The position numbers were made by a program, and so were the translations under genes. From the IMG/VR virus record IMGVR_UViG_3300021962_000002: a stretch of 20,000 bases of DNA; one strand, 5' to 3'. This document shows, piece after piece, positions 14,526 through 20,000 of this stretch. Source of the stretch: an uncultured virus (IMG/VR IMGVR_UViG_3300021962_000002) (Duplodnaviria > Heunggongvirae > Uroviricota > Caudoviricetes). The number at the start of each line of letters is the position of its first letter. Within the stretch, counting starts at the first letter, position 1. The notes below the pieces were generated by a model that ran no database searches, was not told the origin of the DNA, and saw only the letters and a program-made list of their open reading frames with translations.

Positions 14526-17500
14526 ATGAATCTTTACGTTGATCTTGCTACTAGACGAATTGTCTTTAGCCCAAAACTAAACAAAGAACTTGCAAGAGTC
14601 GATGTAAAACGTGGAGACGTTTATCCTCTTACTATTGTGTTCTTGAGTAATGGGAAACCTACTCAAATTGCTGCTGGCTCTGTAATTGCGTTTTGCGCAA
14701 AAAAGAAAAATGATTTTGATGCCGATCCTTTAGTTCTATCCAATTCATTTACTCTTAGTGGCGCTGGGACTGATGATCCAAAATACAATGGAGTTATTCA
14801 GCTTAATGGGGAAGATTTGAATGACTACCTTGATAACGTTAGCAATAAAGCTGATGACCTTGTTTTTGCTGATTTACATTCAGAAATTAACTGGAGTGCT
14901 GGAGGTGTATCACTTACAACAAATACTTTAATACTTCGCGTATATAATGATATTTACAAAGACGGTGACGGAAATCCAGAGTTAATTGTAGGTCAACCAT
15001 TTGTGTTTCCAAATGGATTAAAAATACCAAGTTTAACAACTGGTAATGTTGTTTTGGTTGGAACAGATGGTTTGCTTCAGGATATTTCAAGAAGTGGAAT
15101 TGATACTAGAAGTTCATTCCCTCCATCAAGCCATACACATGGCAGTATTACCAATGATGGAAAAATTGGCACTACTTCAAATTTAGTCGTAATAACTGGC
15201 GCTGCTGGTTTACTGACTACTAATTCACGCTATGAAATCGACACTAGAACATCATTTCCTAATGATGATGTAGCTGCTGCAACATCCAACTCGACTGCTG
15301 GGACAATAGTGAAAAGAGATAGCGATGGGGCAATTAGTCTCGCTTCTTCAAATACTGAGGGGATAACGCTATCTATAAGCAATTCTGGCAATGCCGATAA
15401 CACTAATGCAAGAGCAATCCAAGCCATAGCAACTGGAACAGCTGGAATCGCTGGAGAGTTTACGAGCACTAGTGGTCAGGCAATTATTGCTACATCAGAT
15501 AGTTCTACTGCTCTTGAAGTTCGTAGCAAAGATGGAACCTATCATGCAACATTTGGCAACTCAGGCAATAACCGTTCGGCAATTGAACGTGTTCGCGGTT
15601 GGTTTGTTTGGTTTTATGCAAATTTTACAGGGCGACTTAAAACTGCAAACATCACAGCCAATCGTGATTGGACTCTACCTAATGCCTCTGGAACGATTGC
15701 CTTAACAAGCGATATTGTGGACAGCGTTACAAGCGCAACAACATCAGACGGAACGGCAAACCTGTCTATCTCCAATGTCACCACGGCAACAGCCACAGTA
15801 TCAAGTTTGCTCACCGCTAATCACATTCACGGCAATATTGCAGGAACTCTTTACACGCACGTCCACACAGGCGAGGCAGTGAGTAAAGGTGATCCCGTTT
15901 ATGTATCAGGATTCCACAATGGATCAGGTCAACCGATTGTATCAAAAGCGGATGCAAGCAACCCCGCGAAAATGCCAGCAATCGGTGTAATGGACGCTGC
16001 TTATGCGCAAAACGTATCAGGTGCGAATTGTGTTATTGCAGGCACTATTACAAGTGTCGATACGGATGCCTTTAGCGTAAACAGCCCAGTCTATGTTCGC
16101 AATGGTGGAGGATTCTCTGAAACTATCGGAACGATTCCGCAACAAGTTGGGATTGTTGAAAGATCAAACCAGAACAATGGAGCATTTGTTGTTACCAATA
16201 ACAAGGTGATTTCGAGTGCGGATATTTCAGACTTCGCAACGGCAGTAGAGGCAATCGCGCCAAATGCCGTGACAAACGCAACGACATCGGACGGCACAGC
16301 AAGTCTCGACATTTCCAACCTCACACTTTCGCAAGGAATCACGTCTGGACTCCAGACTAAGATGGTATTTACTGCTGAACCGACAGCAGTCGGAGATGGG
16401 CAGCAAATCATTTGGCAATGGTATAACGGTGGCAGTCCAATTACCACAGCGGCTATCTCATCCGAGGCAACAGGATCGACTACCGACAAGTTGATTTTCA
16501 AAACAACCGCAGGTGGATCGCTTAGCGCATCGCTTGATTTAACCAACGCGCTTGCAACATTTTCAGGCGTAGTTTCCTCATTGGGTGCAACATATCAAAC
16601 AGGATCGACATTTACATATAATGGATCAACAGCGGCAGCGCATCGGACGGCTCTTGGGCTTACAACGCTCGCAACGACAATCCCAGCAGTAAACGTAGCG
16701 ACATTTCTCGAAACGCCAACCAGCGCGAATCTTGCGGCAGCACTAACCGACGAGAATGGCACAGGGGGGGGATTTATTAGGGCGCAGGGCGCAACTTTGA
16801 CTAGCCCATCTTTTGTCGGGCCAGTCAACCTAACATCGCAAGACGCAAGCACAGCGGATCGAATAATGACTAGAGATTTGGCTCTAGCTGAAGAAGCTAT
16901 GAACGTAGCTTTTTGGCATTTTGGCTTAAATACATCAGGAGGTAACTCTGGCACTGGATCAAGTGCGATACGCTCAGGTTCAACCGCAACAGGATGGGGT
17001 AGGCAAATTATTACTTCAAACGCTATGCGCTCTGGCGCGTCTGGCGGAGTTACAATGCGCGGAGATGTGCCAATAGCTGTTGCTTTTTTTGGTGCTATTG
17101 ACGTGGCACAAGCACTAAACGGAGGCAAAGTTCGCATTATTGTAGGAGATACAGGAAACGCTACTGGAACACCACCAAGGTTTGGCGGTCAAGATGCACT
17201 GCTCGCAAGAGGATTTGGCGCAGAAGTATATTGGTCAACGGCAAATGCTAGACAAGAAATCCGTCTTTTTGCATATGGAGCAAGTGGTTATGTAGTTTCT
17301 ACTGGAGCAGCTTTTCCTAATAATTACCAAGGTAGCCATACAGTTGTAGTATCTTCGGATGGATTTGGCAATATCAGGCTTTATGGACACACTACTGGCT
17401 CTTCTTTCCTCCCACCCCAAAGACCAGTTTTGCTAGCCTCGTTATCTGGAGGCCCTTTTGGCTCAGCACTCCTTGGAGGCAGTCACATAACAGTGGTCGC

Positions 17501-17591
17501 AGTCAATGAGGGAACAGTGGCTCCAACTGCTAGTGATGCATTTGCAGTAATAGTGCGAACAAAAGTCGTAATCAACCAATTATCTATTTAA
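14526..17591 (+). CDS. Tail fibre / receptor-binding or decoration fibre protein
   Basis: 1021 aa, T/S/A/G-rich. Fibre-type motifs PSSHTHGSITNDGKIG, NRDWTLPNASGTIALTSD and ETPTSANLAAALTDENGTG. Internal repeats. Confidence 0.75.
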   Translation: MNLYVDLATRRIVFSPKLNKELARVDVKRGDVYPLTIVFLSNGKPTQIAAGSVIAFCAKKKNDFDADPLVLSNSFTLSGAGTDDPKYNGVIQLNGEDLNDYLDNVSNKADDLVFADLHSEINWSAGGVSLTTNTLILRVYNDIYKDGDGNPELIVGQPFVFPNGLKIPSLTTGNVVLVGTDGLLQDISRSGIDTRSSFPPSSHTHGSITNDGKIGTTSNLVVITGAAGLLTTNSRYEIDTRTSFPNDDVAAATSNSTAGTIVKRDSDGAISLASSNTEGITLSISNSGNADNTNARAIQAIATGTAGIAGEFTSTSGQAIIATSDSSTALEVRSKDGTYHATFGNSGNNRSAIERVRGWFVWFYANFTGRLKTANITANRDWTLPNASGTIALTSDIVDSVTSATTSDGTANLSISNVTTATATVSSLLTANHIHGNIAGTLYTHVHTGEAVSKGDPVYVSGFHNGSGQPIVSKADASNPAKMPAIGVMDAAYAQNVSGANCVIAGTITSVDTDAFSVNSPVYVRNGGGFSETIGTIPQQVGIVERSNQNNGAFVVTNNKVISSADISDFATAVEAIAPNAVTNATTSDGTASLDISNLTLSQGITSGLQTKMVFTAEPTAVGDGQQIIWQWYNGGSPITTAAISSEATGSTTDKLIFKTTAGGSLSASLDLTNALATFSGVVSSLGATYQTGSTFTYNGSTAAAHRTALGLTTLATTIPAVNVATFLETPTSANLAAALTDENGTGGGFIRAQGATLTSPSFVGPVNLTSQDASTADRIMTRDLALAEEAMNVAFWHFGLNTSGGNSGTGSSAIRSGSTATGWGRQIITSNAMRSGASGGVTMRGDVPIAVAFFGAIDVAQALNGGKVRIIVGDTGNATGTPPRFGGQDALLARGFGAEVYWSTANARQEIRLFAYGASGYVVSTGAAFPNNYQGSHTVVVSSDGFGNIRLYGHTTGSSFLPPQRPVLLASLSGGPFGSALLGGSHITVVAVNEGTVAPTASDAFAVIVRTKVVINQLSI

Positions 17592-17595
17592 CATC

Positions 17596-17979
17596 ATGCC
17601 CCTACTCCAACCACTCCCGATCAATTATCAGAACGCTGCCATAGAGCAACAAACGCTCAAAGGCATCGTGCATCTTGCCACGGTCTTGACTGAATCATGC
17701 AACCGTTTCTGGAATCTCAAGCCAGAGGTCAATGAATTGCTGGGCTTCGTCGGTCGCACGCCTGAAGCGATTGTTGCCGACCTAAACAGCGACTATGCGC
17801 TTGCTAACGAGCGCAACACAAAGCACTACCTCATGGCTACAACCGTCAATGAGTGGCTTGCAGATGCAGGTCATGCACTACGCGTCCCGATTGCCATGCC
17901 AGAGGGTTACAGCAACGATGGCAAAGCGTTTTCATACAATCCACCAGTTATCATCATCGAAGAATCCATCGAACCATGA
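17596..17979 (+). CDS. Hypothetical protein, possibly fibre-associated
   Basis: Starts 4 nt after the fibre stop; ATGA overlap with the next gene. Function inferred from position only. Confidence 0.6.
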   Translation: MPLLQPLPINYQNAAIEQQTLKGIVHLATVLTESCNRFWNLKPEVNELLGFVGRTPEAIVADLNSDYALANERNTKHYLMATTVNEWLADAGHALRVPIAMPEGYSNDGKAFSYNPPVIIIEESIEP

Positions 17980-18182
17980 ATGAAGCAAATTTCACGATCC
18001 CAATCGGCTGGGCTTTGACAGGTTTCCTCTCGCTTTGCGGCATCGTGGGCGCATTGGGAAAGCTGATTTATTCGCTTCTCATGTATCGCATACAAGCACT
18101 TGAAAAAGACGTTACGCGATTAAGTGGAGGATGCGGTGCTCATGGATGTTTTTGGAGAACAATTCAACCTAAAGATAAATGA
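17976..18182 (+). CDS. Small membrane protein, possible holin (68 aa)
   Basis: Start reassigned to ATG 17976 (ATGA overlap). Hydrophobic stretch IPIGWALTGFLSLCGIVGALGKLIYSLLMY, upstream of the lysin. Confidence 0.55.
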   Translation: MNEANFTIPIGWALTGFLSLCGIVGALGKLIYSLLMYRIQALEKDVTRLSGGCGAHGCFWRTIQPKDK

Positions 18183-18637
18183 TTAAATCAGGAACAGATT
18201 ACGCGCTTACAACAGACAGTAAAGTTTACCGTTTTGTTACTAAGCGCATTATTGCCACTCCACTGCAATTTCATCATGCTGATGTATCATTCCGTGACCT
18301 AGACGGTCGGGTATGGGCTAGCGTTGAAGATGGTGTATTATACATCGCTAAAGGATATGCATGGAATGGTTGTAGTCCTAAACGTAAAGTATTAGGTGTT
18401 TGGATTGGAACGCCAGATGAAAAAAGAAATGTCCATGCATCATTAGTTCATGATGTTCTTTTTCAGTTTTCTGGAACATGGCATTTCAAGCTTTCGTTCG
18501 ATCAAGTAAATTGCATCTTCCGATCATTGATGCGTAAGGATGGTTACCCCTTATCAAATCTTTATTACCTTGCTGTAATGAAGTTTGGGATTAACTTCTG
18601 GAAAAAGAACGAAGAGTGTTACTCAACAAAATTATGA
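18179..18637 (+). CDS. DUF1353-like protein
   Basis: GYAWNGCSP...ASLVHDVLFQ...NCIFRSLM...YYLAVMKFG resembles the DUF1353 pattern. Confidence 0.6.
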   Translation: MIKSGTDYALTTDSKVYRFVTKRIIATPLQFHHADVSFRDLDGRVWASVEDGVLYIAKGYAWNGCSPKRKVLGVWIGTPDEKRNVHASLVHDVLFQFSGTWHFKLSFDQVNCIFRSLMRKDGYPLSNLYYLAVMKFGINFWKKNEECYSTKL

Positions 18638-19173
18638 ATTACAAATGGCTCAATAACATTGGCTTGCTTCCCAGAATGGTGCAGCAAGGTCTTGCCTTGA
18701 TTGGAACACGCGAAGTAATTGGAAAGGGTAGCAATAGGACAATTCTTGAATGGCGTGACAACCTTAATCAGAATGGAGTTAAGATTTCTGGATACTCTGA
18801 TGATGATATTCCATGGTGTGGGCTATTTGTAGCTCATCTTGCCTTTAGCCGACTAAACTCTCCAACTGAAGTTCCTGAGTCTCCGTTATGGGCAAGGAAC
18901 TGGGCTTCTTATGGAACTAAGGTTAAGACAGCAATGTTGGGAGATGTCCTTGTATTTGCCCGTAATGGAGGAGGACATGTTGGTTTATATATTGCAGAAG
19001 ATGCTACTGCTTATCATGTTCTTGGTGGAAACCAATCAAATGCTGTAAGTATTGCGCGTATTGAAAAATCACGCTGTATTGCTATCTGCCGTCCAAATTA
19101 TAATAATCAACCAGAAAGCGTAAAACAATATATTGTAGCTTCATCTGGAGAACTCTCAAAGAACGAACAATGA
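18634..19173 (+). CDS. TIGR02594-family NlpC/P60-like peptidase, putative endolysin
   Basis: DDDIPWCGLFV (catalytic Cys), GDVLVF, GGGHVG (His), LGGNQ. Start reassigned to ATG 18634 (ATGA overlap). Confidence 0.85.
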   Translation: MNYKWLNNIGLLPRMVQQGLALIGTREVIGKGSNRTILEWRDNLNQNGVKISGYSDDDIPWCGLFVAHLAFSRLNSPTEVPESPLWARNWASYGTKVKTAMLGDVLVFARNGGGHVGLYIAEDATAYHVLGGNQSNAVSIARIEKSRCIAICRPNYNNQPESVKQYIVASSGELSKNEQ

Positions 19174-19964
19174 AAACACAATCTAAACTGGTATTGGTCA
19201 TTAGTGACTTGCATGTTGGCTCAACAGTCGGTCTATGGCCAAAAGACTTTGTGAGTATTGAAGGCAATCCTATTTTACAGAATCCATTTCAAGAATGGTT
19301 ATGGAAATGCTGGACCGATATGAATAAATGGGTTGCTACAGTAACCAAGGGAGAACCTTATGATATTGTTATCAATGGTGATATTGTTGATGGCATCCAT
19401 CATAAGACACTACAGGTTATGACTCCTGACCTTGGTGATCAAGTTATTGCGGTTAAACAAATCCTTGGTGAGTTAACTCCAAAAGCTGCCAACGTGCATT
19501 TAATTAAAGGAACTGAAGCTCATACATTGAATCAAGAAATCCATATTGGTAAGGCTCTTGGTGGTAGTAAGAATAAAGCTAATGGTCAACATGCTTGGGA
19601 TTACTTGGACTTGGAAGTAAATGGAACCCTTTACAACTTTGCTCACCACATTAGCGCTACGGCTAGGACATACCTTGAGGCTAGTGCTCATTCAATTATG
19701 CTTGGAAACCTCTCCCACGCCCGTTCTAGAGCCAAGAAACCAGTTCCCTCGGTTATGGTGAGAGCGCATAGACATAGACATGGTATCTGGGAAGATGGAA
19801 ACCAAATGTCGGTGATTACAGGCGCGTGGCAGGGCTTAACACGTTATGGCTACAAAGTAGTGCCAGATGCTACTCCACAACCTTCAGCGGTCATTTTTGA
19901 CGCAAGAAACCAAGACAAGGGAGAACTCCCAATTATTCACCGTAGAATCTACACAGCAGAATGA
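19170..19964 (+). CDS. Calcineurin-like metallophosphoesterase
   Basis: Motifs SDLH, GDIVDG, GTEAH, HH, AHRH. Confidence 0.8.
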   Translation: MKTQSKLVLVISDLHVGSTVGLWPKDFVSIEGNPILQNPFQEWLWKCWTDMNKWVATVTKGEPYDIVINGDIVDGIHHKTLQVMTPDLGDQVIAVKQILGELTPKAANVHLIKGTEAHTLNQEIHIGKALGGSKNKANGQHAWDYLDLEVNGTLYNFAHHISATARTYLEASAHSIMLGNLSHARSRAKKPVPSVMVRAHRHRHGIWEDGNQMSVITGAWQGLTRYGYKVVPDATPQPSAVIFDARNQDKGELPIIHRRIYTAE

Positions 19965-20000
19965 AAAAGATTGGAAACCTAGATAAGCTGATGTCTGATA
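19961..20000 (+). CDS. Start of a truncated ORF (MKKIGNLDKLMSD...)
   Basis: ATGA overlap with the preceding stop; open to the window edge. Confidence 0.5.
   Translation, partial: MKKIGNLDKLMSD

Noticed and set aside
15230..17420. Antisense and alternate-frame ORFs within the fibre gene; possible DGR target
   Set aside because: Shadow ORFs. The internal repeats differ at all base types rather than only adenines, and no reverse transcriptase is in the window.
1..20000. Stop-codon reassignment
   Set aside because: Long genes are intact under the standard code, TGA and TAA both end well-supported genes, and the tRNA is not a suppressor.

Overview
A 20 kb segment of a tailed dsDNA phage, probably podovirus-like, with two divergent arms. 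Left arm (1-5662, minus strand): small translationally coupled early/accessory ORFs, a tRNA-Arg(TCT), two tandem paralogues, a 48-aa SymE-like ORF missing from the ORF track, and a 515-aa orphan. Right arm (plus strand): terminase large subunit, portal, scaffold, major capsid, a mosaic fibre protein, a membrane protein, a DUF1353-like protein, a TIGR02594-type cell-wall hydrolase and a metallophosphoesterase. The putative terS (5731-6213) and terL (7408-9135) are separated by a 1.2 kb counter-oriented cassette. It holds two small minus-strand ORFs with a complete type II hammerhead ribozyme between them (6945-6994, minus), whose catalytic core can be sequestered by an overlapping hairpin, plus a terminator and a dense hairpin cluster. 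A 14-bp quasi-palindrome (TTTAGCCAACTAAA) recurs exactly at three intergenic sites. All protein calls come from motifs and synteny read by eye; no searches were run.
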